DNA from: Octopus bimaculoides
Lineage: Eukaryota
Assembly: GCF_001194135.2 (NCBI RefSeq)
Contig: NC_068981.1
Span: 109,775,344-109,816,818, forward strand
Length of the DNA stretch: 41,475 nucleotides
Direction: 5' to 3'
In this document: in pieces, positions 1-12,141 of the stretch
Numbering within the stretch: the first letter of the stretch is position 1
Layout: every line of letters starts with the position of its first letter
Program-made: the position numbers and the translations under genes
The notes under the pieces: generated by a model
What the model was told of the DNA's origin: nothing
The model's database searches: none
Seen by the model: only the letters and a program-made list of their open reading frames with translations

Positions 1-110
1 ATTAAAGCTATGGTTTCAGAATTGATAATATGGTAGAAGAGACTTAGAATTAGTTAGAGAAATGTAGGAATATTATCAGTGGGTTGGGAAAGGTTAAAAT
101 GTATTAAAGG

Positions 111-323
111 TTAAATTACATTTATGTTGGTTGTACAATCAATCTCAAACAGCGATTATACAATCATTTTTCCTCGTTTAGACTTAAACATAAGGCCAAT
201 AGCACATCATTATCTAATAAAATTTGGGAATTGAAGGAAAATGGTACCGATTTTAACCTTAAATGGGAAATCATCAGGAGAGCACAACCCTATAGAAATA
301 GTAGATATGGCAACACTGTCTGA
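111..323 (+). mobile_element. Penelope-like retroelement fragment (GIY-YIG endonuclease)
   Basis: Translates to YIYVGCTINLKQRLYNHFSSFRLKHKANSTSLSNKIWELKENGTDFNLKWEIIRRAQPYRN, resembling the C-terminal GIY-YIG domain of Penelope elements; ends in a premature stop. Confidence 0.8.
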
Positions 324-1019
324 CACACTGTGCTGTAATGCATGTACATAAAAACTTGTGCAATGAAAACACTTTGGACCTCCTATTAGAAAACTTCATT
401 GCCAAAACAAGTCTAGAAAATATTTTTGAATGATTTGAAGCATCACTTTCCCAAATATAATAATAAAAAATATTATTATACCTGTGTTTGTCTGATATTA
501 AGATTGAAAAAAATTTGGCCTTGTTTGTAAAAAGTTTTGGACCTGAGTTTGCACCCCACAAGCAAATTTTCTTCCTGGGCCACTGCACAAGGTTTTGGTT
601 AACCAAGAGTTATAGAAGAAGATACTTGCCCTAGGTACCATGAAAGGAGACACAACTCAAACCACATAGTCAGGAAGTGCACATTTTAAAGACACAGCCA
701 TGCCTAAGTCTGTATGTATGTTAGAAGGCACTTGAGAAAGCAGCTCAGAAATGATTCCCTGTACTTATTGAACATAAAGTCTAAGATATACCTAACAACA
801 TCTACAAAACTGAAATACTCAATGAAAATAATAATCAAAACAAGGGAAACAAATCTGATAATTGATGATCCAATTCTTTAGTAAAAAGAAATCTTGAAAG
901 AAATAGAAAAATGAATGTACACATTTTCAACTGGAAAACATGCAAGATCACCATACACACAACAAACCTAATCTAAGCATTTTAGGTTGCATTTTAGTAG
1001 AGGAATTAGTTGATTATCT

Positions 1020-1112
1020 CAATAGTCTGTTTTGACTAGTACTTTATATTTCAAACATGGAAGGGTGAAAAGTAAAGTTGACTTCAGAGAGATTTGAACT
1101 CAGAAATAAAGA
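1020..1112 (-). mobile_element. Degenerate tRNA-derived SINE fragment (same family as 12634-12870)
   Basis: gaagggtgaaaagtaaagttgacttcagagagatttgaactcagaa resembles aaaggatgaaaggcaaagtcgacttcggcgaaatttgcattcagaa at 12750-12795. Confidence 0.55.
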
Positions 1113-1189
1113 GGCATTTTATTCACTGTTCTATCAACTTTGTTAACCTAGTACTGTAACAGTAAAACATATAACGAGTAGACACTTAC

Positions 1190-1312
1190 CTTCATAGCAC
1201 TCTCTGTTCCTGCAGCTGCTAATTTGATACTTAGCTGCATCAGAAGTGAAAAACTCAAAGGAAATCGGTCTTTGGCTAGTTGAAAGAAGCTCCCAACTCC
1301 TTCCTCTAGACC
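1190..1312 (-). CDS. NUP188: NUP188 exon, 123 nt, phase 0-0: GLEEGVGSFFQLAKDRFPLSFSLLMQLSIKLAAAGTESAMK
   Basis: poly-T cag|GGT...AAG|gtaagt; matches human EPTSGLGIILDSVCGMFPHLLSPLLQLLRALVSGKSTAKK. Confidence 0.93.
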
Positions 1313-1577
1313 CTGAAAAAAAAAACAAACAGAAAGATTGAAATGAAAGAATCTGAAAATAAAAATTTTTCCTTCAGAAGTGTGGATCTCTTAGCTAAAC
1401 TGCTTGCTTTTGGGTTCCACTTATCTCATTTTGGAAGCTTCCAATAAGCTAACACCATCAAAGTGTGTGACTATGGAGCTCCCTCTGGCCCACTGACTAG
1501 CAACATTGGCGTGCTCTAAGATTCAGTTATGCCACTTCTCATCAAAGGCCTACTTATCACCTCCTATACTGCTCACT

Positions 1578-1649
1578 CTGCAGAGGGTATAACTTTCCTT
1601 CCTGCAGAGAACATAACTTTCCTTCCTGCAGAGAACATAACTTTTCTTC
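1578..1649. repeat. Three copies of a 24-bp tandem repeat (ctgcagagaacataactttccttc)
   Basis: Units start at 1578, 1602 and 1626 and differ by 1-3 substitutions. Confidence 0.9.
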
Positions 1650-1794
1650 CTCTTCTACAAAATTCAAATGAGATTCATTATGGAATACTACTCCTACAAT
1701 TGGGATGGTATAGTTTTCCACTTAGAAACATCATTCCACCCCATGGACTGATTGCTGAACCATTTATCAATACACTTATACACTATTTCACAAA

Positions 1795-3087
1795 TACGAG
1801 GGGTGTTCATTAAAGATTTCCTCTTACCCACTTCTCAAGGACTGTGGTAAATGAAGCTTGGCATAACTATTAGTCCTTCTCTACATAGCTGCCCCAATGG
1901 TGACACACTTCTCCCATCACTTTATGTGGCTGCGAAGATCTCATCTGAAGAAGTCAGTAGGTTGCATCTGGAGCCAAGACTTTACCTCAGATATAAGTTC
2001 ATCATCCGAAAAGAGCTTCCTCTTCAAAAAAGACTTCATGGTTGGAAAGAGATGGAAGTCAGATGGTGTGAGGTCAGGAGAGTAAGGGGAATGAAGAAGG
2101 ATTTCATAGCCACAGGAGTATGTTTTCATCTGGGCAACATGCACATTGTGAACTGGGGTGTTGTCTTGGAGGAGGCAGACTCCTTTGGTCAGCATGCCAT
2201 GCCTCTCTGCTTTGATGGTGTCCCACAATTTCTGCAGCAGAGAAGCATAATATGCTTCATTAATTGTGGTGCCCTTTGCCAGAAAATCCATCATCACTAC
2301 TCCGCACTGATCCCAAAAGACTGTGAGCATCACCTTGCCTGTTGAGGGTTGGACATGAACCTTCTTTGGAGGTGGTGAGTTATCATGCTTCCATTGCTTC
2401 GACTGGACTTTAGTCTCAGGATCATAGTGATGGACCCATGTTTCATCCCGTGTGATAAGTCTGCTGAAAAAGTCCTCTTTATTTTCTTGGCACATTACCA
2501 AAAGAGCCCGGGAGCAATTGACTTGTTCCTGCTTCCGAAAAGGTGTGAGCATCCAAGGAAGCCATTATGCAGACAACTTCCATATGTGCAAATGGGCGTG
2601 AATGATTTTTGCCATGGACCTTACATTTATCTTCACTTCTTGGGCTAGTTGCTGAATAGTTATGCGGTGATCCTCCAAAATGGCAGCTTCCACTTTATGG
2701 ATCGTGTTGTCATCAATGGCAAGATGTGGTCGTCCAGGATAGGAGCAGTATCCACCAATGAATGACCACATTTAAACTGGCAATGCCAGTGCTTGACTAC
2801 TTCATATGATGGTGCATTGTTACCATAAACTTCTTTCATCTCATTGAAAGTCTCTTTTGGTGTACAACCTTTCAAGTATAAGAACCTGATCACTGATTTG
2901 CATTCAATTGCCTCCATTATAATATCTTAGTCCACTTCAGCAGCCATAAAAGACAAATGAATTGTAGTGGAAAGCTGCAATTTACAATGTGATATATAGA
3001 GACATGTATGATTATATCTGTACAAGTTCCATTTCCTGCAATAACCAGAAATGGGTCAGGGGAAATCTTTAATGAACACCCTTTGTA
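1795..3087 (-). mobile_element. Full-length mariner (DD34D) transposon fossil with both TIRs
   Basis: 27-bp TIRs including the TA (tacgaggggtgttcattaaagatttcc / ggaaatctttaatgaacaccctttgta, 2 mismatches). Transposase 2917->1870 with HTH N-terminus, DETW, QDN-(34 aa)-D and YSPDL motifs; one frameshift and several stops. Confidence 0.95.
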
Positions 3088-4239
3088 TGCTGTTTCTTGT
3101 GTCCTCTCTCTGCCTTTCCTGTAATAGTGCAATGGCCTTTCCACTGCTAAGCTAACTGGCTGCACTCTCTCTTAACCCAAGTTACCTGACACATTTGTCA
3201 CTACACTCCTCTTCTTCCATGCTCTGCACTAATTAATTTTCCCAATTCTTTTTTCTCTGAGCATTTTTTCAAAAACATTCCCTTGAGCCCATGATTTCCC
3301 TCCTCATTAACTTTGCTCAAGATGAATGTCAACTGTGCTAGTCTCACTAGTTAAGTAGGACTCACAAAGACCATGGGCAAAGCACATTTTTCTTAAGTAA
3401 ACCATAACACAAAAAGATGAGATGAAATTAAAATGGTAAAAGATCATTTGAAGTCTCATGTAGTAAATTTCTTAAATTCACAGCTTTTATTAACCCACTA
3501 TAGAGCCATCCTCTAATTATTACAAGAATATAAACAGCATATTACTCAACACTAAGAATAGATGAATTATTGTTATGGCTGACTAGTTCTAAAAGAAAAA
3601 AATTCCAGAACATAGCAATTAAAGATACTAATTATAAAATATCTATACAAAATAACATCTTACAATATACACTCAGCCAACTCACTGCAATCCAAAAGAA
3701 ATAATCTCAGGATCATTGCAGTTTCAGGAACTGATGCTGTGAAGAAGCTTGCCACTGGCAGCTTACATCATAGGAGATAGGTGCTGCTACAAAAATGTGA
3801 AATATGCTTTTGTATAGTACATCAATGGCTGTACATATTTTCTTGACACATTTCACACCAGTCATAGGCAAGCTGTAGTTCGTGGGACTTTGTCAATAAA
3901 ACACTAAATGAAAATTACCTTGAATTTTTTTTAGTAGTGCAGCCTGCCTGATGATGATACATGTCTCATGCAAGCTGCTTTTAGGAAAAGGTTGCCATAC
4001 CTGCTTTAGAGAAAGCTGTTTGCACTCAGTTACCAAAATATGAGACAAACTTCCAGAAGCTGCAGCTAGAGAGATATGTCATGCTAATGAGATACAAACT
4101 TTGAAAAAGTCGAGCATAGAGGCACACATCACTACTGTCAATGTAAGTGCAATGTATCAATGGCTAGCTTGTTGGCATCCTATTAAAGTACAAATATCAA
4201 TAGTACTAAAGATAAAATAAACCCCCAAAACACTTCAGT

Positions 4240-5450
4240 CATCATCATCACCACTATACTGGCATGGGTTGCACAGTTTGACAGAAACTGACCAGATGAG
4301 GAGCTGCCCAGATTCCAGTTGACTATTTTGGTTGGTTTCTATGACTGGATACCCTTCCTAACACCAAACACTTAAAAGTGCACTGTGAACTTTCTAAATG
4401 ACACTGACACAGACACTTTTATGTGACAATAACATGGAGGCTTTTACATGGTACTGGCATGGATGGTTTTATATGGCACCAGCATGAGTAATTTTATGAT
4501 ACAAGCCCTCATGAGCCCTTAAGGGAAGGACAACTTGACGGAGAGAGGGATGTAGCAGAATACCTGCATGTATGGATGGCCACGGTTTTACTTAGCTTGA
4601 TGTGTCTTCTCAAGCAGAGCTAACCACCAGGTATCTCGATCCCTCGTTATCTCTTCTGAGGCCCAACATCTGAAGATCATTCCTCATCACTTTGTTCCAC
4701 ATCTTCCTGGGTTTTCTGCTTCCACAGATTCCTTCAACAATTAGAGATTAGCACTCCTTTATGTAGCTAGCTTCATCCATATACATCACACAATCATACC
4801 AGTGCAGTCTTCTCTCTTGCACACCACAACTGATGCCTATTACATCCAATTTTTCTCTCAAGTCACTTACACTGTCCTACATGCACACTGACACTGCACA
4901 TCCACCAGAGCATGCTAACTTATGCTTTAAGAACTTCCTCTTCCACTCTTAACTTGGTTCAGGTAACTGAAGTTATCTACTGCTTCTAAGGATCACCCCA
5001 GACATTTGAGGAAGTCTATTTCCTGTACATTTTTAGTGTTTATTGTATCTACACATCTGCTACACACAAAGACTACTTTCTCTGTTAATCTTCTCATGAT
5101 ACTGCTGCATCTCTTATGTGTCCAAAGCTTGCACTGAGTACATTGTATGGAGTTTCTACCAACCCCTTTCCTACATATTGAACAGGGCAACGGATTTGAG
5201 TTGGTCCATTTTCCTACATATTAGGACTTTGGTCTTAGCTAAATAACTCTAAGGCCCTTAGATTCCAGACCTTGCTTCCACACCTGAAATTTCCTCTCTA
5301 GTTCAGGTTGAGATGCAACTATAAGAATAAGGTCTTATAGAGTAGTTCCCAAACACAACCAGTCTTGAATTCCTCTGTTATAGCCTGGAGGACTATGATA
5401 AACAAGAGGGGACTGAGAACCAGTCCTTGGTGAACTCTGATACATTTGTA
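4240..5450 (-). mobile_element. RTE-clade LINE, 5'-truncated, with PHD finger inside RT and SINE-shared 3' tail
   Basis: Minus strand reads VHQGLVLSPLLFIIVLQAITEEFKTGCVWELLY...GLESKGLRV then PCSICRKGVGRNSIQCTQCKLWTHKRC...CSRC; 3' end carries aggaagggtatccag...catgccagt...(gat)n tail. Confidence 0.88.
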
Positions 5451-6210
5451 ATCAACTCAACATGACAAAAAAACGAATTACAAATAAATATAAGATGAAA
5501 TTAAAAAAAAGAAGTACACTGGTGTTGCAGTAAAACATTTACATCCTGTACATGCAAACTCAAGATAGGACTGAACCCCAAACCACATGGTTAGGATGCA
5601 AACTTCTTAATTACAAAACCACGACAGTACTTATACACACACACATACATAAGATATTAAAGATATTAGTGTATCTCAGGCAACATGGTTATGGTCTAGT
5701 ACAGAGAAATGTGACAGGATGATGTCATAGATGTGACAGGGTGATGCCATAGTAGGATGGTGAGAGGGGAGATATGCTAAGAGAAGTAAAGCTGAGCTAG
5801 GAGGAAAGAATGAACAGGTAGCAGGAAGAGGTGATAATTGGGGAAGGGGTTTAGGAGTTTATCAGTGGGGAAACCAAAGGTTAAGGGTGAAAGATGGTAG
5901 GATAGAGCAATGAAGGGAAAACCATAGAGAACTGACAAAATGAAAAATTGAAAATGAAAAAAGAAAAAAAACATTAAAAAAAGCTATCTTAAAGAAAAAG
6001 AAAAAATTAGAAAATGAAATTAAAATTAAAAGATGATGAGAAACTGAAGTATTAGGATAAATATATTTATATGAACAGTGAACAATGAGGAGGCTTAGGA
6101 AATTCTCGTTTGAGAAAACACAGAAAATTTTTCCCCTTCCTTTTTTCCCCAAATTTTCAGAGCTCAAAGGACTCAGAAGTTTCAAATATTTAGAAAATAT
6201 AAGTGGTCTA

Positions 6211-6284
6211 GTAGGATGGATGAATGGGTGTGTGTGTGTTTGGGTGGGTTGGTTGATTGGTTGGTTGGTAGATAGATAGATATC
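6211..6284. repeat. Compound microsatellite (GGAT)(GT)n(GGTT)n(GATA)n at the Tx1 3' end
   Basis: Seen directly; abuts the minus-strand AATAAA at 6289-6294. Confidence 0.85.
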
Positions 6285-9005
6285 TTTCTTTATTAGCCAT
6301 GCAGGGCCAAACACAGTGGAGACAATACAATGTAGAACTTTTCTTTTCGAAAGAAAGAAAGAAAGAAGGGATCAAAAGTGTCTGGGACATGTAAACAGCA
6401 AAATAAGGCGGGGTAAAAATGTATCATGTGTACCATCTTTGCTACATTCACCCACCTTTTACTGAAACTTTCATGAGACAAAATGTCCCTCTCTATTTTC
6501 ACCTTCCTTTTCAAGTGGTACTTGAAAAAGTTGATGAGTGATTGGCCAGAGAGGAAAGTGTTTGTCTCTAAACCTTTTGCACGAGTCCACCTCACATATT
6601 CTTTCACCATAGCCACCAGTACAATGAAAACTGCCTTGCCTTCCCAGTTAAAGAAAAGTGGCGGGGCAGTATTCACGATAGACTCAACCGATAAGCGAAT
6701 TCATCCTACATGTGACAGCAGCCATTTGACATAAGCCCACAGGTATGAAATGGTTGGACACTGCATGAGTGCATGCAGAATGGCTTTGTCGTTCTGACTG
6801 CATCTTGGGCAAGTCGGTCTGGTGTATCTTGAACCGTGCCTGTAGAGCTTATCCTGAATGAGCAATGCTTTCTGATAGCACTTCAAGGCCAGGGATCTCT
6901 GGTAATTGTCCATAGATCCTGGCCTGAAAGTGGTCCTGAAGAGGAAGGTCAGGTGTTCGCCATCAATGCCCAGATTCTCCTCAAGAATGTTGTCGCACCT
7001 CCTCTCCACTAATCCTCTTTAGAAAGCCTTCGTGGAACTGAAGTCACACAAGTTTGGTCCCGGACGGCAGAGTTGCTTGAGTGCAAGGTGGTGCTCACGG
7101 TGCCATTTGCCTAGCCTAGGTCTCTGTTTGATCCATGACTGCAGTTCGGCCAAAGAAACGAGTTGAGGGAAAGCACATCTCACAAATGGCAACCACACCT
7201 GTTCACCGTCGTCTATGAAGCACCAGAGATGTCGCAGTCTCAGTGCATCAACCATGGCATGCTCAGCCCTCCTTTTGACAGCAAATGGATTACCTAACCA
7301 TCAGAATGCTTCCCTTCCACAAAAGGTGGAAGAGTATGTGTTCCAGTTTGGTGATGGTAGGGTCAGGACAAGGCATGATAGTCAGGTAATAATAGATGAC
7401 GGATGCATTTGTCACCTCTGCCCAACCTTTTAGGGATAGGTTCCTCTTGGCCCATTGCTGGGTGAGAGTGGCCACCCTACTCGTTATCTCATCCCAGTTC
7501 TTCTCCATTTGGAAGTCCAGTCTGAACCAGACCCTGGGCAATTTAACCGGTCCATCAGTCCAGTGTCCCACGATGGAGACCCTGTTGGACAGCATGGGCC
7601 TGCCTCTACAGGTGCTGAGCCACAAGCCCACTGACATTTCCAAGTTAATTTTCACTCTTATTACCGCTTTGTATTCTTTTAGTGTCTTGCCAACCAGGTT
7701 GATATGCCTGTGGCTTGACACTATGACGCTGATGTCTGTATATGCAGACACACCCCTCTCGCATCCAGTTCTTGCAGGATGCCCCGCAGCATTGCCAGCT
7801 TCCACAGTAGTGGCTCTAGAGTGAATACATACATAAGCAACAAGAGGGGGTATCCTTGACGAACTGAACACGTGATGTTAAATGGTCTGGATAGATGACC
7901 ATTTACATGAACTACTGTGCGAATGGTGCAGTATAAGGTAGCGATCCAACCACGGAAGATGGGATCAAAACCAGCCGCTCTCAGAACAGCCTCCAAGTAA
8001 TGATGGTCGACCCTATTGAAAGCTTTTGATTGGTCCAAATTGATCAGTGCCCCAGCCATGCCAGGTTCCTTTACCCTGTCAATGATGTAGTACATCAGAT
8101 GGAGGTTGCCATGGATACTCTTGCCTGGCATGGCACATGTTTGCACCTTGTCAACAAGTTTCTCGATGACAAGCGCCAACCTTTCAGCTAGCACCTTGGC
8201 CAAAATCTTCAAATCTGTGTTGAGCAGAGTGATGGGTCTGAAGTTATCTATCACGTCCCCCTTCTTTGGATCTTTCTTTAGCAGTGCCACTGCTCCTTGA
8301 CTCATAAAACTGGAGATACTCCTGTTTTGCTGCCAGTTACTGTAGACTGCTGCCAAGATGCCTCCAATCAAGTCTGGCGACTTGTCTCCTGTGCAGCCTG
8401 CCACTGCATCCCATATGTCCGCAGCTGTGATGGGTCTTTTACAACACTCCACCTCTCTTGCCAAGAGTCGTGGCAGGCCATGCAGGTAGGCACTAAAGTC
8501 CACCCTGCGTTCTCACCCACCAGTTGTCCTGCACAGTCGGGCAAAGTGCTGTTGAAAGGCCTCACACATCCTTTTGGGCTTCAGTAATTCGTGCCCCAGT
8601 TCATCTGTCAGAGACCCAATGGTGGCTTTGTCGCCTCATTGCACTGCCACTCGGGTGGCTCCAATTCCTTCGTTTCTCAGAGTATGCATCCTAGCACTGA
8701 CAATGCACCCTTCATGTTTGGCATTGAAGTGTTGGTTGAGGGCCAACCTCGCCGCCAGCATGTTGGACGTGATGCCACTTCTATGTGCCTCTTCTAATTT
8801 CTTAACTAGGTCTCCCTTTATTCTATTTCGATCTATCTCTAGAGCTTTACTATACCTAACTGATTCTGCTTTAATTACTTTCTTTAGGGCATACCACCAT
8901 CTATTGTTGACGATGGCGTCTGTCAATGCCCTCTTAACTAATGTGCTAATTTAGTACCTTTCCTCGCATTCGGTACTAAATGTGGTTATTTTGGGAAGCC
9001 CAGTG
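6270..9005 (-). mobile_element. L1/Tx1-clade non-LTR retrotransposon, 5'-truncated ORF2 pseudogene
   Basis: ORFs 8636-8926, 7721-8503, 7290-7871, 6701-7009 and 6293-6676 give FRPITLLNTDLKILAKVLA, LDQSKAFNRVDH, VRQGYPL, and C-terminal CPRC...HALMQC zinc knuckle typical of Tx1; frameshifts and stops; AATAAA at the 3' end. Confidence 0.92.
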
Positions 9006-9359
9006 TGTGGCATTATTTTTCTGTAGTAATGCCCATTATATAAATATAAACAAATAATTATATTCTTGGGAATAGAAATTTCCCTTATGAATTTTTTTAC
9101 ACACTGGCTTCTTGATAAAATTCTTGTAAAAGAGTTCTATTCCTACAGTCACCTCTTCCCAAGTCTACCACTTATAATCACTCCACTGTTCCTTGTGGAT
9201 AGGTCCCAATGCATCACCAACACCAACATTTCTCTCTCTCACTCTGGCTGTCTCTCTATTTTTCTCTTTATCTCTCCTTCCTCTTCTTTCCTTCCCTACT
9301 GGAGAAGTGAAGTATCTCCTCTATAGTAAAACACCTATCTCTATCTCTCTCACCTAGCA

Positions 9360-9632
9360 CACAGCTACTTCCCTTGGGTCAATACCCTCTTCCAGCTGAG
9401 GAGCCTTTGCCTCACAAGTTACTTGGCAACCCTGCTGGTGTTGGTGTCACACACAAAGCACCCATAACACTCTGTAAAGTGGTTGGCATTAGGAAGGACG
9501 TCCAGCTGTAGAAACTATGACAAAGCAGACAATGGAGCTGGCTGCAGATCTCCGGCTTACCAGCTCCTGTCAAACTGTCCAATCAATGCTAGGATGGAAG
9601 ACAGACATTGAATGATGCTGCTGTTGCTGATA
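9360..9632 (+). mobile_element. RTE-tail SINE copy (octopus-type)
   Basis: gtggttggcattaggaaggacgtccagctgtagaaac...atgctaggatggaagacagacattgaatgatg; same tail as the RTE copies. Confidence 0.8.
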
Positions 9633-10189
9633 ATATATATATGGCTGTTTACATGTATATGTGTATGTGTGTGTGTGTGCACGTGCATGCGCGCACACAC
9701 ACGTCATTACGTTACTTAGCCTGTTGGTAACACTTTCATCTAATTAAAGAAAAAGAGGGAGAAAGAATAAGAGGGTGAGAGAAGAGTGCATGATTTAAGG
9801 TGGAGGGAATGTAATTGTAACACTTTCAAGTGCTTAGTTGAAGGGAAAGAGAGAACAAGAGAAAGAAAAAGAGGATAAGGCAAAGAGTGAGGCAGAAAGA
9901 GAAAGAAAAAGAGGAGAGAAAAGTGTCCATGACATGTGGTAGGGGGAATGTAATATTTATTATGTCATTAAAAAAGTTAGTTGAAGGTAGTGAGAGTTAG
10001 GAATATAATTTTAGCAGAGGGGTGATGTTCTGATGGAGAGAGAGAGAGAGATGATGGTGGTGGTGGAGGTGGCCATGGTGGGTGCAGAGTGAAAGGTGAT
10101 TTTTTAAAAATTAAACTAAGTTTTTAATATCACCTATCACTTAACACATGCACATCCCAAACTTGCCATTCACTTAAGAAAGAAACCAG

Positions 10190-10330
10190 TTTCCCCATTT
10201 GCTTGTCATATACAACGACTATCAATAAATCACAAGGATAGACACTTGATAAAGTGGGGCTGTTCTTATCTGAACCTGTATTCAGCCAGCTATATGTTGC
10301 ACTTTCAAGGGCTTGCAAATTATCTCAAGC
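10190..10330 (+). mobile_element. Helitron RepHel helicase (PIF1-like) C-terminal fragment
   Basis: YTTTINKSQG*TLDKVGLFLSEPVFSQLYVALSRA corresponds to helicase motifs V/VI (AMTINKSQGQT...VFSHGQLYVALSR) with a stop and small deletion. Confidence 0.8.
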
Positions 10331-10619
10331 GAGAGTTAAGAGGGACCACTTACATGAAGAACATAGTCTGCAAAGAAGTATTATTGGATTGAAAGGTGTA
10401 TGCAAATTGAAATGTGTATTGGCTCTGACTCATTGCTTTGGCTTATAAGTTACCAATGATGCGGTTTTCAGAGTATGCCATGTTGCATTAAATTTTTACC
10501 CCTGTGAAATTGTGATCCCTATATTTTACAAATAAAGTAATTTCTTTACAATAAAATTTTTGTTTTCTAGATATGAAATTGTGACCATGTAAATTTTAAA
10601 ATGTAATTTTTTTCTGTTA

Positions 10620-10716
10620 ATGGGGTAAATGGTGCAGCTCTTTGGTTTACCAGTTCCAGTCAAAAGCTCCAACCCACGCTAGCATGGAAAACAGACACTA
10701 GATGATGATGATGATG
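10620..10716 (+). mobile_element. RTE-tail SINE 3' fragment
   Basis: ccaacccacgctagcatggaaaacagacactagatgatgatgatgatg. Confidence 0.75.
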
Positions 10717-11099
10717 CAACTAGACAGCTAAATGTAGTTATTAGCATATTCTTAGACACTGTAAAATAAACATCACAGAAAGATAACTATTATAATCCTG
10801 AGGAAAATAAAAGAAAATGGCAGCAATAATGATATGAAAATGCTGTTGATTATCTCATCAAATGCTCTGTACATTCAGCATTTATCATTAACATTTTTTC
10901 ATTTTTGTTTTTAAATGAGCCTTCTGATGTAACTAAATTTTCTGCTGGTCAGAAACAAGTAGATCTTAACAAATCAACTAGACAGAAACATGAAAAAAAA
11001 TCACATAAATAAAATGTGCCACACGATCAATATCATGCCTCACAGACAGGAACTTATCAATCAAAGAAACACTCAAAATATAAAGATTTACAAATATTG

Positions 11100-11830
11100 A
11101 ATGTGAAGGCAAGCATATATCAGTGGCCTTAGAAGTTATAAAAACAGATGTAGACTACAAAATATGAACTTATTTAGAGGAGGCTTTAACCCAAGAAACC
11201 TGTTCAGAAAGCAGCCACAGTTTTAGGAACAATGATTTATAGAATCATAGCCAATACTCAAGATATAAGATATAAAAGAAAGCATGAATATAAAAAATAT
11301 AAACTCAAAAGAAACATAGTAATGCTGTTGCAGATGCTGCTACTGCAACTACTACTAGACAATAAAGAACTGATGCTCAGCTGGAGAAACTACTAAATCT
11401 ATACATGAATTAGGCTGTGATAACAAAATAAGAATATGATAAGACTATGTCAAGGTTACATGAACAGGAAGCAAATGAATTAAAACTAGAATCATTAAGA
11501 TTAAGACACCAGACTCAAAGAATTAGGACAGAACCACCCACATGTGTATATAGGAGAAGTAGAAGAAACTGATAAGTGACAACAAACAGAAGTGAAGGAA
11601 AAAGAGCGCAAGGGAAGAGTGAAGCTAATAAAAAAATTTAAAAAAATCAAACTCAATGCCAGAAATGAGATATCTTCGATATAAACTATAGCTTCAATAA
11701 GTCAAAAGTCAAATGAACTCAAGAAGGTAGATAAGAAAACCAGAAAACTATTCACTCTAAATCCATTATTTTAAAGTGGATATAGATAGGATAGACCTAC
11801 CTCACACACAGGGATACTTGATATAAAGAA
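11100..11830 (+). mobile_element. Highly decayed R4/Dong-like non-LTR element, post-RT region (5' boundary approximate)
   Basis: 11620-11815 reads KLNARNEISSI*TIA...ELKKVDKKTRKLFTL.../KVDIDRIDLPHTQG, similar to the R4/Dong KLN.RN..AIN...D.KTRK...HP.ADIDRLYLPR..GG segment. Confidence 0.55.
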
Positions 11831-12141
11831 AGTGCTTTTAGAAAATAACAAAAAGGGGCCAAGGAAAATATATAGAAAACAAAAAGAATGTGATCAGTTG
11901 AACATAGTGTGGGGATGAGGTGAAATGGAAGTACAGAATCAGTATTGACCAGAAGGCAAGGAGTGAGAGAGGTCATATGAGTGGAAGTAGAACCAGTGTG
12001 GATCTCTTTTGCTTTGGGTGACTGTGCTGTACAGAAATGTGTAGATGCATGGATTAGAGGGAATTTGCCATTAGGTTCTGGCAAGAGGTTAGGCAGCTAG
12101 GACACCCATGGATATAACCCAGCTGCAAGAGAACCAAAGAG

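Noticed and set aside
1-620. Hammerhead ribozyme expected near a Penelope element
   Set aside because: No CTGATGA...GAAA core with flanking stems seen by eye on either strand near the fragment.
3990-4190. Exon-like segment with good minus-strand donor (AAGCAG|gtatgg at 4001)
   Set aside because: Nearby acceptors give 59 or 65 nt, which frameshift a phase-0 intron; longer versions contain stops; no similarity to NUP188, whose flanking exons already join colinearly.
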